Program-made: the position numbers and the translations under genes
Notes under the pieces: generated by a model
What the model saw: the letters and a program-made list of their open reading frames with translations, nothing else
Database searches by the model: none
What the model was told of the DNA's origin: nothing
Assembly: GCA_963713045.1 (NCBI GenBank)
Contig: CAVQKE010000005.1
Coordinates: 192,001-256,000 of the forward strand
Origin: an uncultured delta proteobacterium
GTDB lineage: Bacteria; Myxococcota; Myxococcia; Myxococcales; Myxococcaceae
Direction of reading: 5' to 3'
DNA length: 64,000 bases
Part shown: positions 1 through 9,973 of the stretch, piece by piece
How positions within the stretch are numbered: position 1 is the stretch's first letter
Layout: every line of letters begins with the position of its first letter

Positions 1-395
1 TGCTGGCCGAGGATGACCAGGCGCTGCGCATCCTCCTCTCCTCGCTGCTGCTGAAGGACGGGCACCGCGTCATCGCCGCCGAGGACGGAGAGAAGCTGGT
101 CCTGGCCCACGCCAGTCTTCCGTCGGAACGCACCGGACGCACCGTGGTGGTGAGTGACCTCGCCATGCCCAACCGCGGCGGCCTGTCGGCGTGCGAGGAA
201 ATTCGGACCCGCGACGCCGGGGCGGCGGTGGTGCTGATGGGGGCCTTCAGCGAGGTGCAGGACGAGGAGCGCGCCCGAGCGCTGCGGGCGGCGATGCTGG
301 TCAAGCCCTTCGAATTGTCGCGCCTGCGGGCGCTGGTGCGCGGCCTGTTTGCCGATTCCTCGGCCAGCGCGAGCGCCGTGCTCGCCCAGCTGTAG
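1..395 (+). CDS. Response regulator receiver-domain protein (5' end outside window)
   Basis: Frame open from base 3 (LAEDDQALRILL); receiver motifs EDD, VVSDLAMP (phospho-Asp), VKPF; stop at 393-395. Confidence 0.8.
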   Translation, partial: LAEDDQALRILLSSLLLKDGHRVIAAEDGEKLVLAHASLPSERTGRTVVVSDLAMPNRGGLSACEEIRTRDAGAAVVLMGAFSEVQDEERARALRAAMLVKPFELSRLRALVRGLFADSSASASAVLAQL

Positions 396-401
396 CCCTC
401 C

Positions 402-2222
402 TCAGGCCTTGGGCGGGTGCACCGTGCGCACGTGCAATTCCTCCAGCTGACTTTGGTCCACGTCGCCCGGCGCGCCGGTCATCAAGTCTGCCCCGGTCTT
501 TGTCTTCGGAAAGGGGATGACATCTCGCAGCGACTCGGCCCCGGTGGCCAGCATCACCAGGCGGTCCATGCCGAGGGCAATGCCCCCGTGGGGTGGCGCC
601 CCAAACCTCAGCGCATCCAAGAGGAAGCCAAACTTCTCCCGCGCCTCGGCCTCGGGGATGCCGAGGGCGGTAAACACCTCGGACTGCACCTTCGGGTCAT
701 GTAACCGAATGCTGCCGCCGCCAATCTCAAAGCCGTTGAGGACGACATCATAGCGGTAGCACTTCACCCGTCCCGGGTCGGTCAGCAAGTACGGGAGGTC
801 CTCATCGTGCGGCCGGGTAAAGGCGTGGTGCGCGGCCACCCACTTGCGCGACTCCTCGTCCCACTCGAAAAGGGGCGGCTCCACCACCCAGAGAAACTCC
901 CAGCGGCCGCCGCTCCCGACGTCCGGGATGAGGCCCAGCTTCTTGGCCAAGTGCACCCGGAGGTTGGCCATCACGGTCTGTACCAGCGCAGCGCGCCCAA
1001 ACTGGAACAACAGCAGGTCGCCCGTCTTGGCGCCGCAGGCCCGGTTGATTTCCAGCCGCAGCTCGGCGGAGATGGTTTTGGACAGCGGCGACTGCGTCCA
1101 CTCGCCGCCCTCGCCCACCTTGGCGCGAGCCAGCCCCCGGGCCCCACTGCCCTTGGCAAACTCCTCAAGTTTGTCCGACTCGGCGCGACTCAACGCCTGC
1201 GCCGCCGGCAGCACCATCGCCTTCACGATGCCGCCCTGCTCGACCGCCTCCAGCAACAGGGGCACCCCGCCCTCTGCCCCGCGGCTGCCCACCAGTTCCG
1301 TCAGCTCGACATGCTCCAGCCCAAAGCGTAGGTCCGGCTTGTCGTTGCCGTAGCGGCGCATCGACTCCTCGTACGGCAGCCGGCGGAAGGGCGTCGGCAG
1401 CTGAACGCCAAGCACCTCCTTCCACAGCTTCTGGAGGAGCCCCTCGACGACGCCGAAGACGTCATCCTGGGCGACGAAGCTCATCTCCAAGTCCACCTGG
1501 GTGAATTCCGGCTGGCGGTCCACCCGCACGCCTTCGTCCCGGAAGCACTTCACAATTTGGAAATAGCGGTCGTAGCCGCCCACCATGAAGAGCTGCTTGT
1601 ACAGCTGTGGACTCTCGGCCAGCGCGTAAAACTTCCCCGGGCTGTTTCGGCTGGGCACCAGGAAGTTGCGGGCACCGCCCGGCGTGTACCGGCCGAGAAA
1701 CGGCGTCTCCAACTCGAGGAAGCCACCTTCCACCAGGTGCGCCCGTGTCAGGGCGTTGATGCGGCTCCTCTTCATGAAGGTGCTCTGCAGTGGCCGCCGC
1801 CGCAGGTCGAGGTAGCGGTACGTCAGGCGCTTTTCCTCGGTGGTGTCGACGTTGTCCTCAATCGGGAAGGGCACCGGCTCGCTGCGGTTGAAAATGGTGA
1901 GCGCGGTGGCCCGCACCTCAATCTCCCCGGTCGGCATCTTGGGGTTCACATTCGCACCCCGCGACGCCACCTTCCCTGCGATGCCGATGCAGAACTCGAG
2001 CCGGAGCGCGCCCGCCTGGGCGTGCGCCTCGACGTCAATCTCCGGCTCGAAGACAACCTGCGTCAGCCCTTCCCGGTCGCGCAAGTCGATGAAGACGGCG
2101 CCGCCGTGGTCGCGGCGGTTTTGGACCCAACCGAAGAGGACGACTTCCTTTCCGACGTCAGCGGCGGTCAGTTGCCCGCAGCTGTGGGTGCGCTTCACCT
2201 TGCTGATGAATGGGACGGCCAT
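402..2222 (-). CDS. aspS: Aspartate--tRNA ligase (probably non-discriminating Asp/Asn type)
   Basis: RTHSCG, RRDHGG, YRYLDLRR, SPQLYKQ, DRQPEFTQ, GGGSIR, PPHGGIALGMDR; ATG at 2222 (MAVPFISK). Confidence 0.97.
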   Translation of the reverse strand: MAVPFISKVKRTHSCGQLTAADVGKEVVLFGWVQNRRDHGGAVFIDLRDREGLTQVVFEPEIDVEAHAQAGALRLEFCIGIAGKVASRGANVNPKMPTGEIEVRATALTIFNRSEPVPFPIEDNVDTTEEKRLTYRYLDLRRRPLQSTFMKRSRINALTRAHLVEGGFLELETPFLGRYTPGGARNFLVPSRNSPGKFYALAESPQLYKQLFMVGGYDRYFQIVKCFRDEGVRVDRQPEFTQVDLEMSFVAQDDVFGVVEGLLQKLWKEVLGVQLPTPFRRLPYEESMRRYGNDKPDLRFGLEHVELTELVGSRGAEGGVPLLLEAVEQGGIVKAMVLPAAQALSRAESDKLEEFAKGSGARGLARAKVGEGGEWTQSPLSKTISAELRLEINRACGAKTGDLLLFQFGRAALVQTVMANLRVHLAKKLGLIPDVGSGGRWEFLWVVEPPLFEWDEESRKWVAAHHAFTRPHDEDLPYLLTDPGRVKCYRYDVVLNGFEIGGGSIRLHDPKVQSEVFTALGIPEAEAREKFGFLLDALRFGAPPHGGIALGMDRLVMLATGAESLRDVIPFPKTKTGADLMTGAPGDVDQSQLEELHVRTVHPPKA

Positions 2223-2254
2223 GGGCGGCGCACCATAGACGAGCATCAAGTGCG

Positions 2255-3964
2255 CTAGGAAGCCGCCCGCAAGTCCTTCAGCTTGAGCGCCACGCGCCGC
2301 TGTCCGCGGTACTCGTCCACCGTCGCCTGGAAGGCCAAATCCACCGGGCCGGCCGTCTCGGCAGCCCTCTCCGCCATCCCGAAGCCGATGGCGTCCAGTC
2401 GCGGGGCTTGCAGAAGCGACAGCTTGAGGTGCCCGGCCCCTCCCCGCTTACTCTCCAGCACGCGGGAACGGGCCCGTAAGCCGCACGCCGCCAGGACCGG
2501 CTCCGGGTTGCCCTGGCCGAAGGGCCCCAGCACCGAGAGGCCCTCCACTGCTTGCTCCGTCAGCTCGCCCGGCTCCACCACCGCATCCACCCGGCAATGC
2601 GGCTCGAGGTCTTCCAGGCTGAGCACCTGGGCGGCCATGCGGCCGAAGGCCTCACGGAAACCGGGTAACTGGCGCTGCTCCACCGTCACCCCCGCCGCCG
2701 CGCGGTGGCCGCCGTAGCGCACCAGAAACTGCGCGCAGCCGTCGAGGGCCTCCACCAGGTGAAAACGCTCAATGCTGCGCGCGCTCCCCTTGCCCTGCCC
2801 GGCCTCCACCGCCACCACCACCGTCGGCCGGTGGAGGCGCTCCACCACCCGGGCGGCGACAATGCCCACCACGCCGGGGTGCCAGTCCTCGCCCCACAGC
2901 ACCAGGCCCCGGGCTGCGCCCTGGGCTTCGGCCTGCACCAGCGCCGAGACGAGAATGCGCTGCTCAATCAATTGCCGCTCCTGGTTGGCCACGTCCAACG
3001 CATGGGCCAGCGGCCGTGCCTCCTCCAGACTGGTGGCGCGCAGCAATTTGAGCCCGAGCGCCGCGTCGTCGAGGCGGCCGGCGGCGTTAATCCGCGGGCC
3101 AAGGCGAAAGCCCACCAGGCCACTGGTGACGGCTTGCTCCGCGCCGAGGCCAGCCGCTTCCTTCAGCGCGCGGATGCCAGGGCGCACCGCCCGGCCGAGG
3201 GCCAAAAGCCCATGTTTCACCAGCACCCGGTTGACGCCGGTGAGCGGCACCACATCCGCCACGGTGGCCAGCGCCACCAAGTCCAGCAGTGCCTTGAGGT
3301 TGGGCTCGGGCCGCACGGCGAAGTGCCCCACCTCGCGCAGCGCCCGGCGCAGCCCCATGCACAGGGTGAAGGCCACCCCGGCCGCGCACAGGTGCCGGGT
3401 GGGGTAGCCGCAGCCCGGTTGGTGGGGGTTGAGGACCGCCAGCGCCGGGGGAAGCAGCGCCGGCACCGTGTGGTGGTCGACCACCACCACGTCCAACCCC
3501 AAGTCCCTGGCCCGTCCCACCTCCGCGGCGGCGGTAATGCCGCAGTCCAGCGTCACCAGGACCGCCGTTCCGTCCTGCGCAATGCGCTCCGCCGCCGCCC
3601 GGTTGAGGCCATAGCCATCGCGAATGCGGTGCGGAATGGACGTCGCCACCCGTGCCCCGCACTCCTCGAGGAAGAGCGACATCAGGGCGGTGCTGCACAC
3701 GCCGTCGACGTCGTAGTCCCCGTACAGCGTCACCAGTTCGCGCCGCTGGACGGCACGCACCAGCCGCTCCACTGCCGGCCGCATCCCGCGCATCAGGAAG
3801 GGGTCCGGCAAGTCCCCCAGTCCATCGGCGAGAAAGTGCGCCGCCGTTTGGGGGTCAGCCAGGCCTCGCGCCACCAGCACCCGGGCCGCGAGGACGTCCA
3901 TGCTCAGCGCCGAGGCGAGGCGCTCCGCCGAAGCGGTGTCGAGACTCGGCAGAATCCAGCGCAG
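2255..3964 (-). CDS. recJ: Single-stranded-DNA exonuclease RecJ (start uncertain, possibly CTG)
   Basis: GDYDVDG, TLDCG, VDHH, TVADVVPL, GPRINAAGR, GSARS, GGH motifs; usual secF-recJ position. Confidence 0.93.
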   Translation of the reverse strand: MRWILPSLDTASAERLASALSMDVLAARVLVARGLADPQTAAHFLADGLGDLPDPFLMRGMRPAVERLVRAVQRRELVTLYGDYDVDGVCSTALMSLFLEECGARVATSIPHRIRDGYGLNRAAAERIAQDGTAVLVTLDCGITAAAEVGRARDLGLDVVVVDHHTVPALLPPALAVLNPHQPGCGYPTRHLCAAGVAFTLCMGLRRALREVGHFAVRPEPNLKALLDLVALATVADVVPLTGVNRVLVKHGLLALGRAVRPGIRALKEAAGLGAEQAVTSGLVGFRLGPRINAAGRLDDAALGLKLLRATSLEEARPLAHALDVANQERQLIEQRILVSALVQAEAQGAARGLVLWGEDWHPGVVGIVAARVVERLHRPTVVVAVEAGQGKGSARSIERFHLVEALDGCAQFLVRYGGHRAAAGVTVEQRQLPGFREAFGRMAAQVLSLEDLEPHCRVDAVVEPGELTEQAVEGLSVLGPFGQGNPEPVLAACGLRARSRVLESKRGGAGHLKLSLLQAPRLDAIGFGMAERAAETAGPVDLAFQATVDEYRGQRRVALKLKDLRAAS

Positions 3965-4046
3965 TCGGGCGGCGTCCTCTCCTTCAACGGGAAGAAGAGT
4001 TAGCCAACCAGTCTGACAGCCCTCCGCTGGGTGGGGGGCAAGGACG

Positions 4047-5207
4047 TCAACCGGCGTGAATAATCCCGGTCGACTTGGTGGCGCGCGCCCGCGCCGCCGC
4101 GCGCTGGTCAATCCAAATGGTGAGCGGGCTCGCGATGTACACCGAGGAGTAGGTGCCGACGATGATGCCCACCAGCATTGCCATCGCGAAGTCCCAGATT
4201 TCTCCCACCCCGAAAATGAGCAGGCCCACCAGGCTCAGCGCCGTCACCCCACCGGTCAGAATGGTGCGGGAAAGCGTCTCATTGACGGCAATGTTGATGA
4301 TGTCGGGCAGCGGCTTGCCCCGGTATTTGGCCATTTCCTCGCGGATTCGGTCGTAGATGACGATGGTGTCGTTGATGGAGTAGCCGGTGACGGTGAGCAG
4401 CGCGGCGATGGCGGTGAGGTTGAATTCGCGGCGGGTGACCAAGTAGTAGCCGGCCACCATCACCACGTCGTGCACCATGGCCAGCACCGCGCCTGGGGCG
4501 AACTTCAAGTCGAAGCGGAAGGCGACGTACAACAGAATGGCCACCATCGAATAGAGCAGCGCCGCGATGCCCTTGTTTCGCAATTCCTTGCCAACCTGCG
4601 GCCCGACGTAGTCGATGCGCTGGGTGGTGAAGTCCGGTGTGGCCAGGCCCTTGCTAAGCCCCTGGGTAATGCGGTCGGCCATGCCGGAAGCCACAATCTG
4701 GTAGTCCTGGCCTCCCCCCTGGGCCGGCCCCAGGTCGCGCACCTCCTTCACGCCCAAGCCGGCGGCTGCCACCGCCGCCCGCACCGTCTCCGGGGCAAGC
4801 TTATTCTTGCTGCGGAAGTTGACGAGGCCGTTCTCGACGTCGGTGTAGAAGTTGCTGGTATCCCCCATCCCCTGCAGCGCCTTCACCACTGCCTGGGCAT
4901 TCTCCGGCGTGAGTTGGGTGGTGCCACCGAGCCGCAACAGAAAGCTGTTCTCACTGGCGGCGCCAATCCCCTGCACGCTGACGTCCTTCAGTCCCGCCGC
5001 CTCCGCCCGGCCACGCACTTCATCGGCACGGATGGAGTGGTTGAACTTGAGCTCGACCACCGTGCCGCCAGCAAAGTCGACGCCAAAGTTGAACCCCACC
5101 GTGAAGATGCCGACCAGGATGGCCAGGTTGAGAACGGTGGAGATGAAGACCGCCGGCCGGCGCTTCCCGATGAAGTCGATGTTCGGCGTTTTCTTGAGAA
5201 TCTGCAT
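4047..5207 (-). CDS. secF: Protein translocase subunit SecF
   Basis: GVDFAGG, VGPQVG, GYSINDTIVIYDRIRE, GTYSS; follows secD. Confidence 0.96.
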   Translation of the reverse strand: MQILKKTPNIDFIGKRRPAVFISTVLNLAILVGIFTVGFNFGVDFAGGTVVELKFNHSIRADEVRGRAEAAGLKDVSVQGIGAASENSFLLRLGGTTQLTPENAQAVVKALQGMGDTSNFYTDVENGLVNFRSKNKLAPETVRAAVAAAGLGVKEVRDLGPAQGGGQDYQIVASGMADRITQGLSKGLATPDFTTQRIDYVGPQVGKELRNKGIAALLYSMVAILLYVAFRFDLKFAPGAVLAMVHDVVMVAGYYLVTRREFNLTAIAALLTVTGYSINDTIVIYDRIREEMAKYRGKPLPDIINIAVNETLSRTILTGGVTALSLVGLLIFGVGEIWDFAMAMLVGIIVGTYSSVYIASPLTIWIDQRAAARARATKSTGIIHAG

Positions 5208-5213
5208 GCCTGG

Positions 5214-6980
5214 TTAGACCGAGACTGTCCGGGCGTTCCGCCCGTGGACGAGATAGGTGGTGATGGTGCGAGTGACGACGATGGAGGTGAAGAGCGACGC
5301 CAGAATGCCAATGATGAGGGAGGTGGCAAAGCCCCGCACCGGCCCCGTCCCGGTGAGCAGCAGGATGACGCCTGCAATCAGCGTCGTGACGTGTGCATCG
5401 AAGATGGTCCAAAAGGCCCGGTCGTACCCCTGGTCCACCGCCGCCCGTGGACTCTTGCCATTGGCCAGCTCCTCGCGGATGCGCTCATTAATCAGCACGT
5501 TGGCGTCCACCGCGATGCCGAGGGTGAGCACGAAGCCGGCAATGCCGGGAAGTGTCAGGGTGGCGTTGAAGAGGGCCAGCCCGGCGAGGATGAGGAGGCC
5601 GTTGAGCAGCAACGCCGCGTCGGCGATGAGGCCAGCGCCCCGGTAGTAGAGGGCCATAAACACCACCACCAGAGCCAGGCCAACCACCGCGGCCAGGCTG
5701 CCTTTGCGGATGAGTTCGTCGCCGAGACTGGCCCCCACCTGGCGAATTTCGCCCACCGTCACCGGCGCTGGCAGGGCCCCGGCCTTCAGCACCAACGCGA
5801 GGTTCTCCGCCTCCTGGCGCTGCTCGGCGTAGGACTTGTTGCCTCCGCGGCCGAGGGTGATGCGGGCCCGGCCATTGGGGATTTTCTCGTTGATGCGGGG
5901 GGCGGAGTTGACGTTCTCGTCGAGGACAATCGCCATCCGCTTACCGACGTTGGCCTCGGTCAGCTTGCCGAATTCCAGACCGCCCTGCGTGTCGAAGGAG
6001 AGGTTGACTTCGAATTCGCCGAGCTGGCCCACCGACGCGTCCGCCCCGGCCAAGCTTTCACCGGTGAGGGGCACCGTCTTGTCCACCAGGTAGGTGCGGT
6101 AACCCTCGCAGGCGCCCTTCTTCGTCTTCGAGGGCACGCATTCAAGCAGCACCTCCCGCCCAGCCGGCGTCTTGGGCCGCGCGTAGGCCAACAGGGGCTC
6201 GCGCTCCGGCCCCTGCAGCTGGTCGAAGCCCTCGGACTGGGTCAGCGTGATGTGCGAGTCGGCCGGGGGCGGGCTCTGGGCGAAAAGCTGTTTGAAATAG
6301 GGGCTCGCGTCGTCCACCATCCGAAACTCGAGCTGTGCGGTGGTGCCAATGAGTTCCTTGGCCTGCTCCGGGTCCTGTCGGCCAGGGAGCGAAATTTGAA
6401 TCGCGTCGGTGCCCAGCTTGCGCACGTCCACTTCAGCCACGCCCCACTTGTCGATGCGTCGGCGGATGACGAGCATCGCCTGGTCGACCGATTCCTCCTT
6501 GAAGCGCGCCACCTGCGCGTCCTTGAGGCCAAGCACCAGCTTCGGGCCGTCCCGGCTGATGACGCTGAAGTCCTCGAAGCCCTTCAGCTCCTGCTGGATG
6601 GCGTCCATCGCCGCGGCGTCCTTCGCCACCAGCGTCAGCTGCAGCCGCTCACGGTTCGCATCCACACTCACCAGGGACAGTCCCTTGTCACGCAGGTAGT
6701 TGGAGATTTGGAGCCCACGCCGCTCGACACGCTTCTGGAGCGCGGTCTTGGTGTCCACCTGCAGCACCATGTGAATCCCGCCCTGTAGGTCGAGCCCCAA
6801 ATTCAACCGGTGGTTGGGAAAATTGGCCCACTTCGGCAGCTTTTCCGAGAGCAGCTTGATGTCGTTGCGCTGCGCTCGAGGCAGGACGAAGAAGGAGTAG
6901 TACGTCGGGATGAGGTACCAAACCGAAAAGCCCGTCACCAAGAGGATGATGATGACGTTCCGCCACCAACTGCGGTCCAT
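5214..6980 (-). CDS. secD: Protein translocase subunit SecD
   Basis: LGLDLQGG, GASLG, LTLPGIAG, AVDANVLINERIREE, GPVRGFA. Confidence 0.97.
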   Translation of the reverse strand: MDRSWWRNVIIILLVTGFSVWYLIPTYYSFFVLPRAQRNDIKLLSEKLPKWANFPNHRLNLGLDLQGGIHMVLQVDTKTALQKRVERRGLQISNYLRDKGLSLVSVDANRERLQLTLVAKDAAAMDAIQQELKGFEDFSVISRDGPKLVLGLKDAQVARFKEESVDQAMLVIRRRIDKWGVAEVDVRKLGTDAIQISLPGRQDPEQAKELIGTTAQLEFRMVDDASPYFKQLFAQSPPPADSHITLTQSEGFDQLQGPEREPLLAYARPKTPAGREVLLECVPSKTKKGACEGYRTYLVDKTVPLTGESLAGADASVGQLGEFEVNLSFDTQGGLEFGKLTEANVGKRMAIVLDENVNSAPRINEKIPNGRARITLGRGGNKSYAEQRQEAENLALVLKAGALPAPVTVGEIRQVGASLGDELIRKGSLAAVVGLALVVVFMALYYRGAGLIADAALLLNGLLILAGLALFNATLTLPGIAGFVLTLGIAVDANVLINERIREELANGKSPRAAVDQGYDRAFWTIFDAHVTTLIAGVILLLTGTGPVRGFATSLIIGILASLFTSIVVTRTITTYLVHGRNARTVSV

Positions 6981-7315
6981 CACTTCTCCTCTTTCTTGTC
7001 CTCGACCTTGGGCGCGTCGGCACTCGTCACCGACTGCACCGAAGACTTCAGGACGCGGATTTTCACCCCTTGCGCCACTTCCAACTTCACCTCTCGGTCG
7101 GTAATTTCAGCAATTTTCCCGATGAGGCCCCCTTGGGTGACGACGCCATCCCCCTTCTTCAGTCCGGCCAGGAGCGCCTTGTGCTCCTTCAGCTGCTTCT
7201 GCTGAGGCCGAATCATCAAGAAGTACATGATGGCAATCATCCCCCCGAAGAAAAGGAAGGTCGTGTAGCTCTGCATTCCGCCCGCTTGGGCGAGCAGCAC
7301 GAAGTCTGGGTGCAC
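6980..7315 (-). CDS. yajC: Preprotein translocase subunit YajC
   Basis: YFLMIRPQQK, LKKGD-VVT-GGLIG; GAGGAG RBS; stop overlaps the secD start. Confidence 0.95.
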   Translation of the reverse strand: MHPDFVLLAQAGGMQSYTTFLFFGGMIAIMYFLMIRPQQKQLKEHKALLAGLKKGDGVVTQGGLIGKIAEITDREVKLEVAQGVKIRVLKSSVQSVTSADAPKVEDKKEEK

Positions 7316-7707
7316 GGTGGGTGTCTCCTCTGAAGGGGCTTCCCCCCGAGGGAAATTGGCGGGGGCAGCGTTTATCGGAGGTGGCTGCCCAGTACAAGGC
7401 GGGCGCCGCGGTTTCCGGCTCGACGCTTGCAGTAAATCAGCCGCCGATCAACCGGCCGCCCCCGAACGGCCGTTCAGGCCACCCCCAACCGCCCGCAGCC
7501 GAGGGGAATGACCAGGCCCAGCGGGCGGTCCCTGCGACGGACGCCCTCTGTCCAGCCTCCCCGGCGGGATCAGCCACCACCCGGGCCTGGCCAGTCATCA
7601 CCCCGGGGACATTCGGTCTGCGGCTGCAAGAAAACGTGAGAGGGGCCGTCGCTGAGGGGCACACCCCGACACGTCTTCGGTGTCGCCGACGGGGGTCACG
7701 GCTGCAG

Positions 7708-8550
7708 TTAGAATTGAGGTGCCACCTGACTCGAAGGCAGGTTGACTGACCCGTCTTCTGCGGGGCCACCACCCTCCGAGGTGACGGCGCCATCCTGCAA
7801 ATCGATGCGGAGGAGCGCCCTGCCGGCCTCGTTGTCGACCGTCACATCCGCTTCGCCCCCGTGGACTTGAAGGCTAATCCATCCCGGCGGGACTTCTGCG
7901 GACAACAGCACGGCGCGCATCGCACCTCCCTGTGCGACGAAGATGTGCCTCGAGGTGAGAAGCGTGACCTGCTCGAACGCGCAATCCAGGGCCACGAAGT
8001 GGTCCGGGCCGGTGTCGAAGCTGCTCTGCAGTCGCCAAGCGCCATCGTCCAGCTGGCGAAGCGTCCAGCCACCTTCCGTCTCGCCCTTGGCCGTGAGGAC
8101 TGCCACCGTGCCATTGCGACTGCACAAAGCCAGCGGCTGCTCCTGCTCGGGCAGTGCTTCGGCGCGCGGGGTGTTCTCCCCCTGGGCGAGGCTGCACAGG
8201 GTGCCGCTTTGTCGCAGCGTCCAGACGCGCCCTTGCGCGACGACGGCTCCCACCACCGCATCCGAAGGAGGGCAGACGTCGCTCGACCCCGCGCTGAACA
8301 TGCCAACCAACTGGACCCCCAAAAGAATGAGGTTGGCCACCCCTTGGACCGTGCCCGCCGTCGACTGGAAGCTGGGGCCTTTCGCGACGTGCACCGTGGG
8401 TTGCCCTGGCTGGGCTGGATGTGCTTGCGCCACCGGTGCACTGGGGCCGTGGGCTGGATGGCTTTGCGCCACGGGCGTACTGGCACACCCCGCCAGAAAG
8501 ACGCAGACCCACAGGAGGCCTACGGCACATGCGGCGAGAGGTTTGCCCAA
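7708..8550 (-). CDS. Hypothetical lipoprotein (possibly a pseudogene with original start at 8598)
   Basis: Hydrophobic signal ending in lipobox LAG-C; Pro/Ala/His-rich duplicated linker; in-frame TGA at 8563-8565 separates it from an RBS-led ATG at 8598. Confidence 0.55.
   Translation of the reverse strand: MGKPLAACAVGLLWVCVFLAGCASTPVAQSHPAHGPSAPVAQAHPAQPGQPTVHVAKGPSFQSTAGTVQGVANLILLGVQLVGMFSAGSSDVCPPSDAVVGAVVAQGRVWTLRQSGTLCSLAQGENTPRAEALPEQEQPLALCSRNGTVAVLTAKGETEGGWTLRQLDDGAWRLQSSFDTGPDHFVALDCAFEQVTLLTSRHIFVAQGGAMRAVLLSAEVPPGWISLQVHGGEADVTVDNEAGRALLRIDLQDGAVTSEGGGPAEDGSVNLPSSQVAPQF
8411..8472. repeat. Imperfect 23-bp direct repeat, 39-bp period, encoding VAQSHPA / VAQAHPA
   Basis: TGGGCTGGATGTGCTTGCGCCAC (8411-8433) vs TGGGCTGGATGGCTTTGCGCCAC (8450-8472). 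Confidence 0.75.
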
Positions 8551-8821
8551 AAGCCCATGCTTTCAGACTGGCTGCATCAGCAATGCCACGCTCGCCATGT
8601 CCGTCTCCTCAAGCGGTTGCGTCCTCTGACGTCTCTGCACTGAAAACATTCATCTGTCAGGAACCTCCATCGGACAGAGGCCCACCGCACGCCAGGCCGG
8701 CCGAAAGCCCGTGGGGGGAAGAGTACCCCCCCAACTGGCCCAGGGGGCGGCGCTCTGTTGAGAAAGCTGGCCAGGACCGCCCAACGTCGACTCGCGGCTC
8801 GCCGGCTTCCTCTGCGCCCCT

Positions 8822-9973
8822 TCAGTCGTCGCCCAGCCCCTCGTCCGTCTCCGTCGGGGCCGCTCCCTCGCGCGCAACGACGTCGGCGGCGAAAGCGGAA
8901 AACGTGTCCGCTTCAATCGCCTTCCGCGCCTGGCGCATCAGCTCTAAGTAATGGTGCAGGTTGTGGAGGGTGTTGAGGCGCAGCGCCAGCACCTCCCGCG
9001 TGGAAAAGAGGTGCCGGAGGTAAGCGCGAGAGTGGGTACGGCAGACGTAACAGCTGCAGGCCGCATCCACCGGCCGTTCGTCCTTAGCGTAGGCGGCATT
9101 GCGAATGACGAGGCGGCCGGTGGAAGTAAAGAGCAGGCCATTGCGCGCGCAGCGGGTGGGCAAGACGCAGTCAAACATGTCCACTCCAGCCGCCATGGCC
9201 AGAACCAGGTCCTCCGTCGTCCCGACACCCATCAGGTACCGCGGGCGCGCCGACGGCAAAAGCGGCGCCACCTCCGCCACGGAGGCGTGCATCTTCTCCG
9301 GCGCCTCGCCGACCGAGTAGCCACCGAGGGCATAGCCCGGGAGGTCGACTGCGCAGACCTCCATCAGGTGGCGCCGCCGCAACTGCGAGTCCAGGCCGCC
9401 TTGGACAATCCCAAACAGTGCCTGCGGCCCCCGACTCCACGCCGCCGCGCACCGGGCCAGCCACTTGGTCGTACGGGCCAACGCCTCCTCCAGGACTTGG
9501 CGCCCGCCGGTGGAGGGAGGGCATTCATCGAACGCCATGAGGACGTCCGCGCCCAGCGCCTCTTGAATGGCGATGGAGCGCTCCGGCGTCAGAAGGTGGG
9601 GGCTTCCGTCCAGGTGGGACTGGAAGACGACGCCCTCGTCCGAAATTTTTCGGGCCTTCGCCAGACTGAAGACTTGAAAACCGCCGCTGTCGGTGAGCAG
9701 CGGGCGAGGCCAACTCATGAAGCGGTGGAGGCCGCCCAGCCCACGGATGATGTCCTCTCCCGGCCGCAGCATGAGGTGGTAGGTGTTGGCCAAAACCATC
9801 TCGGCCCCAAGTGCCTCCAGGTCGTCCTGCCCGACGGCCTTCACCGTCCCGAGCGTGCCGACCGGCATGAAGACGGGCGTCTCGACGGTGCCATGCGGCG
9901 TGTGCAGCCGCCCTCGGCGGGCCCCGGAGGTGGCATCCCGGTGCAAGACTTCAAAGCGGAAGGGCCCCTTCAC
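8822..9973 (-). CDS. tgt: tRNA-guanine(34) transglycosylase
   Basis: TPVFMPVGT, LANTYHL, TDSGGFQ, FDEC, GIVQGG, RYLMGVG, DMFDCV, Zn site CSCYVC. Confidence 0.97.
   Translation of the reverse strand: MKGPFRFEVLHRDATSGARRGRLHTPHGTVETPVFMPVGTLGTVKAVGQDDLEALGAEMVLANTYHLMLRPGEDIIRGLGGLHRFMSWPRPLLTDSGGFQVFSLAKARKISDEGVVFQSHLDGSPHLLTPERSIAIQEALGADVLMAFDECPPSTGGRQVLEEALARTTKWLARCAAAWSRGPQALFGIVQGGLDSQLRRRHLMEVCAVDLPGYALGGYSVGEAPEKMHASVAEVAPLLPSARPRYLMGVGTTEDLVLAMAAGVDMFDCVLPTRCARNGLLFTSTGRLVIRNAAYAKDERPVDAACSCYVCRTHSRAYLRHLFSTREVLALRLNTLHNLHHYLELMRQARKAIEADTFSAFAADVVAREGAAPTETDEGLGDD

Noticed and set aside
4056..6788. 910-aa plus-strand ORF
   Set aside because: Antisense shadow of secF/secD; no recognisable motifs; expected in high-GC DNA
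7316..7707. Hairpins in the yajC-lipoprotein gap (7363-7390, 7667-7685) and at 8713-8732
   Set aside because: Short GC stems that are not repeated and lack U-tracts; cannot be told from chance or assigned to an RNA family
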